From NCBI GenBank assembly GCA_964016885.1, contig OZ024742.1, positions 349,556,001-349,620,000 on the forward strand: 64,000 bases of DNA, read 5' to 3'. The DNA comes from Eledone cirrhosa (taxonomy: Eukaryota). The position numbers were made by a program, and so were the translations under genes. The notes beneath the pieces are model-generated. The model was not told where the DNA came from. It made no database searches and was given only the letters and a program-made list of their open reading frames with translations. This document shows, piece after piece, positions 1 to 14,300 of this stretch; the first letter of the stretch is position 1; every line of letters starts with the position of its first letter.

Positions 1-1829
1 TTTAGCTCACCAATTACTAGACCTTTAGTTACCTTTAGTGGAGTTGATTCTGCTGCAAGTATTTAGCCCACCATTTACCAGACCTTTAGTTACCTTTAGT
101 GTAGTTGATTCTGCTGCAAGTATTTAGCCCACCATTTACCAGACCTTTAGTTACCTTTAGTGTAGTTGATTCTGCTGCAAGTATTTAGCTCACCAATTAC
201 TAGACCTTTAGTTATCTTTAGTGTAGTTGATTCTGCTGCAAATATTTAGCTCACCAATTACTAGACCTTTAGTTACCTTTAGTGGAGTTGATTCTGCTGC
301 AAGTATTTAGCCCACCAATTACCAGACCTTTAGTTACCTTTAATGTAGTTGATTCTGCTGCAAGTATTTAGCTCACCAATTACCAGACCTTTAGTTACCT
401 TTAGTGTAGTTGATTCTGTTGCAAGTATTTAGCCCACCAATTACCAGACCTTTAGTTACCTTTAGTGTAGTTGATTCTGTTGCAAGTATTTAGCCCACCA
501 ATTACTAGACCTTTAGTTACCTTTAATGTAGTTGATTCGGCTGCAAGTATTTAGCTCACCAATTACCAGACCTTTAGTTACCTTTAATGTAGTTGATTCT
601 GCTGCAAGTATTTAGCTCACCAATTACCAGACCTTTAGTTACCTTTAATGTAGTTGATTCTGCTGCAAGTATTTAGCCCACCAATTACCAGAACTTTAGT
701 AACCTTTAATGTAGTTGATTCTGCTGCAAGTATTTAGCTCACCAATTACCAGACCTTTAGTTACCTTTAATGTAGTTGATTCTGCTGCAAGTATTTAGCC
801 CACCAATTACCAGACCTTTAGTTACCTTTAATATAGTTGATTCTGCTGCAAGTATTTAGCCCACCATTTACCAGACCTTTAGTTAACTTTAGTGGAGTTG
901 ATTCTGTTGCAAGTATTTAGCTAACCAATTACCAGACTTTTAGTTACCTTCAGTGTAGTTGATTCTGCTGCAAGTATTTAGCTCACCAATTACCAGACCT
1001 TTAGTTACCTTTAGTGTAGTTGATTCTGCTGCAAGTATTTAGCCCACCATTTACTATACCTTTAGTTACCTTTAGTGGAGTTGATTCTGCTGCAAGTATT
1101 TAGCCCACCAATTACTACACCTTTAGTTACCGTTAGTGGAGTTGATTCTGCTGCAAGTATTTAGCCCACCAATTACCAGACCTTTAGTTACCTTTAATGT
1201 AGTTGATTCTGCTGCAAGTATTTAGCCCACCAATTACCAGACCTTTAGTTACCTTTAATGTAGTTTATTCTGCTGCAAGTATTTAGCCCACCAATTACCA
1301 GACCTTTAGTTACCTTTAGTGTAGTTGATTCTGCTGCAAGTATTTAGCCCACCAATTACCAGACCTTTAGTTACCTTTAATGTAGTTGATTCTGCTGCAA
1401 GTATTTAGCCCACCAATTACAAGACCTTTAGTTACCTTTAATGTAGTTGATTCTGCTGCAAGTATTTAGCTCACCAATTACCAGACCTTTAGTTACCTTT
1501 AATGTAGTTGATTCTGCTGCAAGTATTTAGCTCACCAATTACCAGACCTTTAGTTACCTTTAATGTAGTTGATTCTGCTGCAAGTATTTAGCCCACCAAT
1601 TACCAGACCTTTAGTTACCTTTAATGTAGTTGATTCTGCTGCAAGTATTTAGCTCACCAATTACCAGACCTTTAGTTACCTCTAATGTAGTTGATTCTGC
1701 TGCAAGTATTTAGCTCACCAATTACCAGACCTTTAGTTACCTTTAATGTAGTTGATTCTGCTGCAAGTATTTAGCTTACCAATTACCAGACCTTTAGTTA
1801 CCTTTAATGTAGTTGATTCTGCTGCAAGT

Positions 1830-4800
1830 ACTTAGCCCACCAATTACCAGACCTTTAGTAACCTTTAATGTAGTTGATTCTGCTGCAAGTATTTAGCTCA
1901 CCAATTACCAGACCTTTAGTTACCTTTAATGTAGTTGATTCTGCTGCAAGTATTTAGCTCACCAATTACCAGACCTTTAGTTACCTTTAATGTAGTTGAT
2001 TCTGCTGCAAGTATTTAGCCCACCAATTACCAGACCTTTAGTTACCTTTAATGTAGTTGATTCTGCTGCAAGTATTTAGCCCACCAATTACCAGACCTTT
2101 AGTTACCTTTAATGTAGTTGATTCTGCTGCAAGTATTTAGCTCACCAATTACCAGACCTTTAGTTACCTTTAATGTAGTTGATTCTGCTGCAAGTATTTA
2201 GCCCACCAATTACCAGACCTTTAGTTACCTTTAATGTAGTTGATTCTGCTGCAAGTATTTAGCCCACCAATTACCTGACCTTTAGTTACCTTTAATGTAG
2301 TTGATTCTGCTGCAAGTATTTAGCCCACCAATTACCAGACCTTTAGTTACCTTTAGTGGAGTTGATTCTGCTGCAAGTATTTAGCCCACCAATTACTAGA
2401 CCTTTAGTTACCTTTAGTGCAGTTGATTCTGCTGCAAGTATTTAGCCCACCAATTACTAGACCTTTAGTTACCTTTAGTGTAGTTGATTCTGCTGCAAGT
2501 ATTTAGCCCACCAATTACTAGACCTTTAGTTACCTTTAGTGTAGTTGATTCTGCTGCAAGTATTTAGCCCACCAATTACTAGACCTTTAGTTACCTTTAG
2601 TGTAGTTGATTCTGCTGCAAGTATTTAGCCCACCAATTACTAGACCTTTAGTTACCTTTAGTGTAGTTGATTCTGCTGCAAGTATTTAGCTCACCAATTA
2701 CTAGACCTTTAGTTACCTTTAGTGTAGTTGATTCTGTTGCAAGTATTTAGCTCACCAATTACTAGACCTTTAGTTACCTTTAGTGTAGTTGATTCTGCTT
2801 CAAGTATTTAGCTCACCAATTACCAGACCTTTAGTTACCTTTAGTGTAGTTGATTCTGTTGCAAGTATTTAGCTCACCAATTACTAGACCTTTAGTTACC
2901 TTTAGTGGAGTTGATTCTGCTGCAAGTATTTAGCCCACCATTTACCAGACCTTTAGTTACCTTTAGTGTAGTTGATTCTGCTGCAAGTATTTAGCCCACC
3001 ATTTACCAGACCTTTAGTTACCTTTAGTGTAGTTGATTCTGCTGCAAGTATTTAGCTCACCAATTACTAGACCTTTAGTTATCTTTAGTGTAGTTGATTC
3101 TGCTGCAAATATTTAGCTCACCAATTACTAGACCTTTAGTTACCTTTAGTGGAGTTGATTCTGTTGCAAGTATTTAGCCCACCAATTACTAGACCTTTAG
3201 TTACCTCTAGTGTAGTTGATTCAGTTGCAAGTATTTAGCCTACCAATTACTAGACCTTTAGTTACCTTTAGTGTAGTTGATTCTGCTGCAAGTATTTAGC
3301 TCACCATTTACTATACCTTTAGTTACCTTTAATGTAGTTGATTCTGTTGCAAGTATTTAGCCCACCAATTACCAGACCTTTAGTTACCTTCAGTGTAGTT
3401 GATTCTGCTGCAAGTATTTAGCCCACCAATTACTAGACCTTTAGTTACCTTTAATGTAGTTGATTCTGCTGCAAGTATTTAGCCCACCAATTACCAGACC
3501 TTAGTTACCTTTAGTGTAGTTGATTCTGCTGCAAGCATTTAGCTCACCAATTACCAGACCTTAGTTACCTTTAGTGTAGTTGATTCTGCTGCAAGTATTT
3601 AGCCCACCAATTACTAGACCTTTAGTTACCTTTAGTGTAGTTGATTCTGCTGCAAGTATTTAGCCCACCAATTACTAGACCTTTAGTTACCTTTAGTGTA
3701 GTTGATTCTGCTGCAAGTATTTAGCCCACCAATTACTAGACCTTTAGTTACCTTTAGTGGAGTTGATTCTGCTGCAAGTATTTAGTCCACCAATTACTAG
3801 ACCTTTAGTTACCTTTAGTGTAGTTGATTCTGCTGCAAGTATTTAGCCGACCAATTACTAGACCTTTAGTTACCTTTAGTGTAGTTGATTCTGTTGCAAG
3901 TATTTAGCTCACCAATTACTAGACCTTTAGTTACCTTTAGTGGAGTTGGTTCTGCTGCATGTATTTAGCTCACCAATTACCAGACCTTTAGTTACCTTTG
4001 GTGGAGTTGATTCTGCTGCAAGTATTTAGCTCACCAATTACCAGACCTTTAGTTACCTATAGTGTAGTTGATTCTGCTGCAAGTATTTAGCCCACCAATT
4101 ACTAGACCTTTAGTTACCTTTAGTGTAGTTGATTCTGTTGCAAGTATTTAGCTAACCAATTACCAGACTTTTAGTTACCTTCAGTGTAGTTGATTCTGCT
4201 GCAAGTATTTAGCCCACCAATTACCAGACATTTAGTTACCTTTAGTGCAGTTGATTCTGTTGCAAGTATTTAGCTCATCAATTACTAGACCTTTAGTTAC
4301 CTTTAGTGGAGTTGGTTCTGCTGCAAGTATTTAGGCCACCAATTACTAGACCTTTAGTTACCTTTAATGTAGTTGATTCTGCTGCAAGTATTTAGGCCAC
4401 CAATTACTAGACCTTTAGTTACCTTTAATGTAGTTGATTCTGCTGCAAGTATTTAGCCCACCAATTACCAGACCTTTAGTTACCTTTAATGTAGTTGATT
4501 CTGCTGCAAGTATTTAGGCCACCAATTACTAGACCTTTAGTTACCTTTAGTGTAGTTGATTCTGCTGCAAGTATTTAGCTCACCAATTACCCCACATTTA
4601 GTTACCTTTAGTGTAGTTGATTCTGTTGCAAGTATTTAGCCCACCAATTACCAGACCTTTAGTTACCTTTAGTGGAGTTGATTCTGCTGCAAGTATTTAG
4701 CTCACCAATTACCAGACCTTTAATTACCTTTAGTGGAGTTGGTTCTGCTGCAAGTATTTAGCCCACCAATTACTAGACCTTTAGTTACCTTTAGTGTAGT

Positions 4801-7800
4801 TGATTCAGCTGCAAGTATTTAGCCCACCAATTACTATACCTTTAGTTACCTTTAGTGTAGTTGATTCTGTTGCAAGTATTTAGCCCACCAATTACTAGAC
4901 CTTTAGTTACCTTTAGTGTAGTTGATTCTGCTGCAAGTATTTAGCCCACCAATTACCAGACATTTAGTTACCTTTAGTGTAGTTGATTCTGTTGCAAGTA
5001 TTTAGCTCACCAATTACCAGACCTTTAGTTACCTTTAATGTAGTTGATTCTGTTGCAAGTATTTAGCCAACCAATTACTAGACCTTTAGTTACCTTCAGT
5101 GGAGTTGATTCTGCTGCAAGTATTTAGGGCACCAATTACTAGACCTTTAGTTACCTTTAATGTAGTTGATTCTGCTGCAAGTATTTAGCTCACCAATTAC
5201 TAGACATTTAGTTACCTTTAGTGTAGTTGATTCTGCTGCAAGTATTTAGGCCACCAATTACTAGACCTTTAGTTACCTTTAGTGTAGTTGATTCTGCTGC
5301 AAGTACTTAGGCCACCAATTACTAGACCTTTAGTTACCTTTAGTGTAGTTGATTCTGCTGCAAGTATTTAGGCCACCAATTACTAGACCTTTAGTTACCT
5401 TTAGTGTAGTTGATTCTGTTGCAAGTATTTAGCCAACCAATTACTAGACATTTAGTTACCTTTAATGTAGTTGATTCTGCTGCAAGTATTTAGCTCACCA
5501 ATTACTAGACATTTAGTTACCTTTAGTGTAGTTGATTCTGCTGCAAGTATTTAGGCCACCAATTACTAGACCTTCCTTTAGTTACCTTTAGTGTAGTTGA
5601 TTCTGCTGCAAGTATTTAGGCCACCAATTACTAGACCTTTAGTTACCTTTAGTGTAGTTGATTCTGTTGCAAGTATTTAGCCAACCAATTACTAGACCTT
5701 TAGTTACCTTTAATGTAGTTGATTCTGCTGCAAGTATTTAGCTCACCAATTACCAGACCTTTAGTTACCTTTAATGTAGTTGATTCTGCTGCAAGTATTT
5801 AGCCCACCAATTACCAGACCTTTAGTTACCTTTTGTGTAGTTGATTCTGTTGCAAGTATTTAGCCCACCAATTACTAGACCTTTAGTTACCTTTAGTGGA
5901 GTAGATTCTGCTGCAAGTATTTAGCCCACCAATTACTATACATTTAGTTACCTTTAGTGTAGTTGAATCTGCTGTAAGTATTTAGCCCACCAATTACTAG
6001 ACCTTTAGTTACCTTTAGTGTAGTTGATTCTGCTGCAAGTATTTAGCCCACCATTTACCAGACCTTTAGTTACCTTTAGTGTAGTTGATTCTGCTGCAAG
6101 TATTTAGCCCACCAATTACTAGACCTTTAGTTACCTTTAGTGGAGTTGATTCTGCTGCAAGTATTTAGCCCACCATTTACCAGACCTTTAGTTACCTTTA
6201 GTGTAGTTGATTCTGCTGCAAGTATTTAGCCCACCATTTACCAGACCTTTAGTTAACTTTAGTGGAGTTGATTCTGTTGCAAGTATTTAGCCCACCAATT
6301 ACTAGACCTTTAGTTACCTCTAGTGTAGTTGATTCTGCTGCAAGTATTTAGCCCACCAATTACTAGACCTTTAGTTACCTCTAGTGTAGTTGATTCTGCT
6401 GCAAGTATTTAGCCCACCAATTACCAGACCTTTAGTTACCTTTAGTGCAGTTGATTCTGTTGCAAGTATTTAGTCACCAATTACTAGACCTTTAGTTACC
6501 TTAGTGTAGTTGATTCTGCTGCAAGTATTTAGCCCACCAATTACTAGACCTTTAGTTACCTTTAATGTAGTTGATTCTGCTGCAAGTATTTAGCCCACCA
6601 ATTACCAGACCTTTAGTAACCTTTAATGTAGTTGATTCTGCTGCAAGTATTTAGCTCACCAATTACCAGACCTTTAGTTACCTTTAATGTAGTTGATTCT
6701 GCTGCAAGTATTTAGCTCACCAATTACCAGACCTTTAGTTACCTTTAATGTAGTTGATTCTGCTGCAAGTATTTAGCCCACCAATTACCAGACCTTTAGT
6801 TACCTTTAATGTAGTTGATTCTGCTGCAAGTATTTAGCCCACCAATTACCAGACCTTTAGTTACCTTTAATGTAGTTGATTCTGCTGCAAGTATTTAGCT
6901 CACCAATTACCAGACCTTTAGTTACCTTTAATGTAGTTGATTCTGCTGCAAGTATTTAGCCCACCAATTACCAGACCTTTAGTTACCTTTAATGTAGTTG
7001 ATTCTGCTGCAAGTATTTAGCCCACCAATTACCAGACCTTTAGTTACCTTTAATGTAGTTGATTCTGCTGCAAGTATTTAGCCCACCAATTACCAGACCT
7101 TTAGTTACCTTTAGTGGAGTTGATTCTGCTGCAAGTATTTAGCCCACCAATTACTAGACCTTTAGTTACCTTTAGTGCAGTTGATTCTGCTGCAAGTATT
7201 TAGCCCACCAATTACTAGACCTTTAGTTACCTTTAGTGTAGTTGATTCTGCTGCAAGTATTTAGCCCACCAATTACTAGACCTTTAGTTACCTTTAGTGT
7301 AGTTGATTCTGCTGCAAGTATTTAGCCCACCAATTACTAGACCTTTAGTTACCTTTAGTGTAGTTGATTCTGCTGCAAGTATTTAGCCCACCAATTACTA
7401 GACCTTTAGTTACCTTTAGTGTACTTGATTCTGCTGCAAGTATTTAGCTCACCAATTACTAGACCTTTAGTTACCTTTAGTGTAGTTGATTCTGTTGCAA
7501 GTATTTAGCTCACCAATTACTAGACCTTTAGTTACCTTGAGTGTAGTTGATTCTGCTTCAAGTATTTAGCTCACCAATTACCAGACCTTTAGTTACCTTT
7601 AGTGTAGTTGATTCTGTTGCAAGTATTTAGCTCACCAATTACTAGACCTTTAGTTACCTTTAGTGGAGTTGATTCTGCTGCAAGTATTTAGCCCACCATT
7701 TACCAGACCTTTAGTTACCTTTAGTGTAGTTGATTCTGCTGCAAGTATTTAGCCCACCATTTACCAGACCTTTAGTTACCTTTAGTGTAGTTGATTCTGC

Positions 7801-10800
7801 TGCAAGTATTTAGCTCACCAATTACTAGACCTTTAGTTATCTTTAGTGTAGTTGATTCTGCTGCAAATATTTAGCTCACCAATTACTAGACCTTTAGTTA
7901 CCTTTAGTGGAGTTGATTCTGTTGCAAGTATTTAGCCCACCAATTACTAGACCTTTAGTTACCTCTAGTGTAGTTGATTCAGTTGCAAGTATTTAGCCTA
8001 CCAATTACTAGACCTTTAGTTACCTTTAGTGTAGTTGATTCTGCTGCAAGTATTTAGCTCACCATTTACTATACCTTTAGTTACCTTTAATGTAGTTGAT
8101 TCTGTTGCAAGTATTTAGCCCACCAATTACCAGACCTTTAGTTACCTTTAATGTAGTTGATTCTGCTGCAAGTATTTAGCCCACCAATTACCAGACCTTA
8201 GTTACCTTTAGTGTAGTTGATTCTGCTGCAAGCATTTAGCTCACCAATTACCAGACCTTAGTTACCTTTAGTGTAGTTGATTCTGCTGCAAGTATTTAGC
8301 CCACCAATTACTAGACCTTTAGTTACCTTTAGTGTAGTTGATTCTGCTGCAAGTATTTAGCCCACCAATTACTAGACCTTTAGTTACCTTTAGTGTAGTT
8401 GATTCTGCTGCAAGTATTTAGCCCACCAATTACTAGACCTTTAGTTACCTTTAGTGGAGTTGATTCTGCTGCAAGTATTTAGTCCACCAATTACTAGACC
8501 TTTAGTTACCTTTAGTGTAGTTGATTCTGCTGCAAGTATTTAGCCGACCAATTACTAGACCTTTAGTTACCTTTAGTGTAGTTGATTCTGTTGCAAGTAT
8601 TTAGCTCACCAATTACTAGACCTTTAGTTACCTTTAGTGGAGTTGGTTCTGCTGCATGTATTTAGCTCACCAATTACCAGACCTTTAGTTACCTTTGGTG
8701 GAGTTGATTCTGCTGCAAGTATTTAGCTCACCAATTACCAGACCTTTAGTTACCTATAGTGTAGTTGATTCTGCTGCAAGTATTTAGCCCACCAATTACT
8801 AGACCTTTAGTTACCTTTAGTGTAGTTGATTCTGTTGCAAGTATTTAGCTAACCAATTACCAGACTTTTAGTTACCTTCAGTGTAGTTGATTCTGCTGCA
8901 AGTATTTAGCCCACCAATTACCAGACATTTAGTTACCTTTAGTGCAGTTGATTCTGTTGCAAGTATTTAGCTCATCAATTACTAGACCTTTAGTTACCTT
9001 TAGTGGAGTTGGTTCTGCTGCAAGTATTTAGGCCACCAATTACTAGACCTTTAGTTACCTTTAATGTAGTTGATTCTGCTGCAAGTATTTAGGCCACCAA
9101 TTACTAGACCTTTAGTTACCTTTAATGTAGTTGATTCTGCTGCAAGTATTTAGCCCACCAATTACCAGACCTTTAGTTACCTTTAATGTAGTTGATTCTG
9201 CTGCAAGTATTTAGGCCACCAATTACTAGACCTTTAGTTACCTTTAGTGTAGTTGATTCTGCTGCAAGTATTTAGCTCACCAATTACCCCACATTTAGTT
9301 ACCTTTAGTGTAGTTGATTCTGTTGCAAGTATTTAGCCCACCAATTACCAGACCTTTAGTTACCTTTAGTGGAGTTGATTCTGCTGCAAGTATTTAGCTC
9401 ACCAATTACCAGACCTTTAGTTACCTTTAGTGGAGTTGGTTCTGCTGCAAGTATTTAGCCCACCAATTACTAGACCTTTAGTTACCTTTAGTGTAGTTGA
9501 TTCAGCTGCAAGTATTTAGCCCACCAATTACTATACCTTTAGTTACCTTTAGTGTAGTTGATTCTGTTGCAAGTATTTAGCCCACCAATTACTAGACCTT
9601 TAGTTACCTTTAGTGTAGTTGATTCTGCTGCAAGTATTTAGCCCACCAATTACCAGACATTTAGTTACCTTTAGTGTAGTTGATTCTGTTGCAAGTATTT
9701 AGCTCACCAATTACCAGACCTTTAGTTACCTTTAATGTAGTTGATTCTGTTGCAAGTATTTAGCCAACCAATTACTAGACCTTTAGTTACCTTCAGTGGA
9801 GTTGATTCTGCTGCAAGTATTTAGGGCACCAATTACTAGACCTTTAGTTACCTTTAATGTAGTTGATTCTGCTGCAAGTATTTAGCTCACCAATTACTAG
9901 ACATTTAGTTACCTTTAGTGTAGTTGATTCTGCTGCAAGTATTTAGGCCACCAATTACTAGACCTTTAGTTACCTTTAGTGTAGTTGATTCTGCTGCAAG
10001 TACTTAGGCCACCAATTACTAGACCTTTAGTTACCTTTAGTGTAGTTGATTCTGCTGCAAGTATTTAGGCCACCAATTACTAGACCTTTAGTTACCTTTA
10101 GTGTAGTTGATTCTGTTGCAAGTATTTAGCCAACCAATTACTAGACATTTAGTTACCTTTAATGTAGTTGATTCTGCTGCAAGTATTTAGCTCACCAATT
10201 ACTAGACATTTAGTTACCTTTAGTGTAGTTGATTCTGCTGCAAGTATTTAGCTCACCAATTACTAGACATTTAGTTACCTTTAGTGTAGTTGATTCTGCT
10301 GCAAGTATTTAGGCCACCAATTACTAGACCTTCCTTTAGTTACCTTTAGTGTAGTTGATTCTGCTGCAAGTATTTAGGCCACCAATTACTAGACCTTTAG
10401 TTACCTTTAGTGTAGTTGATTCTGTTGCAAGTATTTAGCCAACCAATTACTAGACCTTTAGTTACCTTTAATGTAGTTGATTCTGCTGCAAGTATTTAGC
10501 TCACCAATTACCAGACCTTTAGTTACCTTTAATGTAGTTGATTCTGCTGCAAGTATTTAGCCCACCAATTACCAGACCTTTAGTTACCTTTTGTGTAGTT
10601 GATTCTGTTGCAAGTATTTAGCCCACCAATTACTAGACCTTTAGTTACCTTTAGTGGAGTTGATTCTGCTGCAAGTATTTAGCCCACCAATTACTATACC
10701 TTTAGTTACCTTTAGTGTAGTTGAATCTGCTGTAAGTATTTAGCCCACCAATTACTAGACCTTTAGTTACCTTTAGTGTAGTTGATTCTGCTGCAAGTAT

Positions 10801-11345
10801 TTAGCCCACCATTTACCAGACCTTTAGTTACCTTTAGTGTAGTTGATTCTGCTGCAAGTATTTAGCCCACCAATTACTAGACCTTTAGTTACCTTTAGTG
10901 GAGTTGATTCTGCTGCAAGTATTTAGCCCACCATTTACCAGACCTTTAGTTACCTTTAGTGTAGTTGATTCTGCTGCAAGTATTTAGCCCACCATTTACC
11001 AGACCTTTAGTTAACTTTAGTGGAGTTGATTCTGTTGCAAGTATTTAGCCCACCAATTACTAGACCTTTAGTTACCTCTAGTGTAGTTGATTCTGCTGCA
11101 AGTATTTAGCCCATCAATTACTAGACCTTTAGTTACCTCTAGTGTAGTTGATTCTGCTGCAAGTATTTAGCCCACCAATTACCAGACCTTTAGTTACCTT
11201 TAGTGCAGTTGATTCTGTTGCAAGTATTTAGTCACCAATTACTAGACCTTTAGTTACCTTAGTGTAGTTGATTCTGCTGCAAGTATTTAGCCCACCAATT
11301 ACTAGACCTTTAGTTACCTTTAATGTAGTTGATTCTGCTGCAAGT
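1830..11345. repeat. Tandem block duplication (~4.7 kb, 77-78 monomers) within the 61-bp satellite
   Basis: Rare variants recur at offsets of 4758 or 4697: CCTTCCTTTA 5571/10329, GCTTCAAG 2797/7555, GCATGTA 3957/8654, TAGTCACC 6471/11229. Boundaries are approximate. Confidence 0.9.
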
Positions 11346-14300
11346 ATTTAGCTCACCAATTACCAGACCTTTAGTTACCTTTAGTGTAGTTGATTCTGCT
11401 GCAAGTATTTAGCCCACCAATTACCAGACATTTAGTTACCTTTAGTGTAGTTGATTCTGCTGCAAGTATTTAGCTCACCAATTACTAGACCATTAGTTAC
11501 CTTTAATGTAGTTGATTCTGCTGCAAGTATTTAGCTCACCAATTACCAGACCTTTAGTTACCTTTAGTGTAGTTGATTCTGCTGCAAGTATTTAGCCCAC
11601 CAATTACCAGACCTTTAGTTACCTTTAGTGTAGTTGATTCTGCTGCAAGTATTTAGCTCACCAATTACTAGACCTTTAGTTACCTTTAATGTAGTTGATT
11701 CTGCTGCAAGTATTTAGCTCACCAATTACCAGACCTTTAGTTACCTTTAGTGTAGTTGATTCTGTTGCAAGTATTTAGCTCACCAATTACTAGACCTTTA
11801 GTTACCTTTAGTGGAGTTGATTCTGCTGCAAGTATTTAGCCCACCATTTACCAGACCTTTAGTTACCTTTAGTGTAGTTGATTCTGCTGCACGTATTTAG
11901 CCCACCATTTACCAGACCTTTAGTTACCTTTAGTGTAGTTGATTCTGCTGCAAGTATTTAGCTCACCAATTACTAGACCTTTATTTATCTTTAGTGTAGT
12001 TGATTCTGCTGCAAATATTTAGCTCACCAATTACTAGACCTTTAGTTACCTTTAGTGGAGTTGATTCTGTTGCAAGTATTTAGCCCACCAATTACTAGAC
12101 CTTTAGTTACCTCTAGTGTAGTTGATTCTGTTGCAAGTATTTAGCCTACCAATTACTAGACCTTTAGTTACCTTTAGTGTAGTTGATTCTGCTGCAAGTA
12201 TTTAGCTCACCATTTACTATACCTTTAGTTACCTTTAATGTAGTTGATTCTGTTGCAAGTATTTAGCCCACCAATTACCAGACCTTTAGTTACCTTTAGT
12301 GTAGTTGATTCTGCTGCAAGTATTTAGCCCACCAATTACTAGACCTTTAGTTACCTTTAGTGTAGTTGATTCTGTTGCAAGTATTTAGCCAACCAATTAC
12401 TAGACCTTTAGTTACCTTTAATGTAGTTGATTCTGCTGCAAGTATTTAGCTCACCAATTACTAGACATTTAGTTACCTTTAGTGTAGTTGGTTCTGCTGC
12501 AAGTATTTAGCTCACCAATTACTAGACATTTAGTTACCTTTAGTGTAGTTGATTCTGCTGCAAGTATTTAGGCCACCAATTACTAGACCTTTAGTTACCT
12601 TTAGTGTAGTTGATTCTCCTGCAAGTATTTAGGCCACCAATTACTAGACCTTTAGTTACCTTTAGTGTAGTTGATTCTGTTGCAAGTATTTAGCCAACCA
12701 ATTATTAGACCTTTAGTTACCTTTAATGTAGTTGATTCTGCTGCAAGTATTTAGCCCACCAATTACTATACCTTTAGTTACCTTTAGTGTAGTTGAATCT
12801 GCTGCAAGTATTTAGCCCACCAATTACTAGACCTTTAGTTACCTTTAGTGTAGTTGATTCTGCTGCAAGTATTTAGCCCACCATTTACCAGACCTTTAGT
12901 TACCTTTAGTGTAGTTGATTCTGCTGCAAGTATTTAGCCCACCAATTACTAGACCTTTAGTTACCTTTAGTGGAATTGATTCTGCTGCAAGTATTTAGCC
13001 CACCAATTACTAGACCTTTAGTTACCTCTAGTGTAGTTGATTCTGTTGCAAGTATTTAGCCTACCAATTACTAGACCTTTAGTTACCTTTAGTGTAGTTG
13101 ATTCTGCTGCAAGTATTTAGCTCACCATTTACTATACCTTTAGTTACCTTTAATGTAGTTGATTCTGTTGCAAGTATTTAGCTCACCAATTACTAGACAT
13201 TTAGTTACCTTTAGTGTAGTTGATTCTGCTGCAAGTATTTAGGCCACCAATTACTAGACCTTTAGTTACCTTTAGTGTAGTTGATTCTGCTGCAAGTATT
13301 TAGGCCACCAATTACTAGACCTTTAGTTACCTTTAGTGTAGTTGATTCTGTTGCAAGTATTTAGCCAACCAATTACTAGACCTTTAGTTACCTTTAATGT
13401 AGTTGATTCTGCTGCAAGTATTTAGCCCACCAATTACTATACCTTTAGTTACCTTTAGTGTAGTTGAATCTGCTGCAAGTATTTAGCTCACCAATTACCA
13501 GACCTTTAGTTACCTTTAATGTAGTTGATTCTGCTGCAAGTATTTAGCCCACCAATTACCAGACCTTTAGTTACCTTTTGTGTAGTTGATTCTGTTGCAA
13601 GTATTTAGCCCACCAATTACTAGACCTTTAGTTACCTTTAGTGGAGTTGATTCTGCTGCAAGTATTTAGCCCACCAATTACTATACCTTTAGTTACCTTT
13701 AGTGTAGTTGAATCTGCTGCAAGTATTTAGCCCACCAATTACTAGACCTTTAGTTACCTTTAGTGTAGTTGATTCTGCTGCAAGTATTTAGCCCACCATT
13801 TACCAGACCTTTAGTTACCTTTAGTGTAGTTGATTCTGCTGCAAGTATTTAGCCCACCAATTACTAGACATTTAGTTACCTTTAGTGGAGTTGATTCTGC
13901 TGCAAGTATTTAGCCCACCATTTACCAGACCTTTAGTTACCTTTAGTGTAGTTGATTCTGCTGCAAGTATTTAGCCCACCATTTACCAGACCTTTAGTTA
14001 ACTTTAGTGGAGTTGATTCTGTTGCAAGTATTTAGCCCACCAATTACTAGACCTTTAGTTACCTTTAGTGTAGTTGATTCTGCTGCAAGTATTTAGCCCA
14101 CCAATTACTAGACCTTTAGTTACCTTTAATGTAGTTGATTCTGCTGCAAGTATTTAGCTCACCAATTACCAGACCTTTAGTTACCTTTAGTGTAGTTGAT
14201 TCTGCTGCAAGTATTTAGCCCACCAATTACCAGACCTTTAGTTACCTTTAGTGTAGTTGATTCTGCTGCAAGTATTTAGCTCACCAATTACTAGACCTTT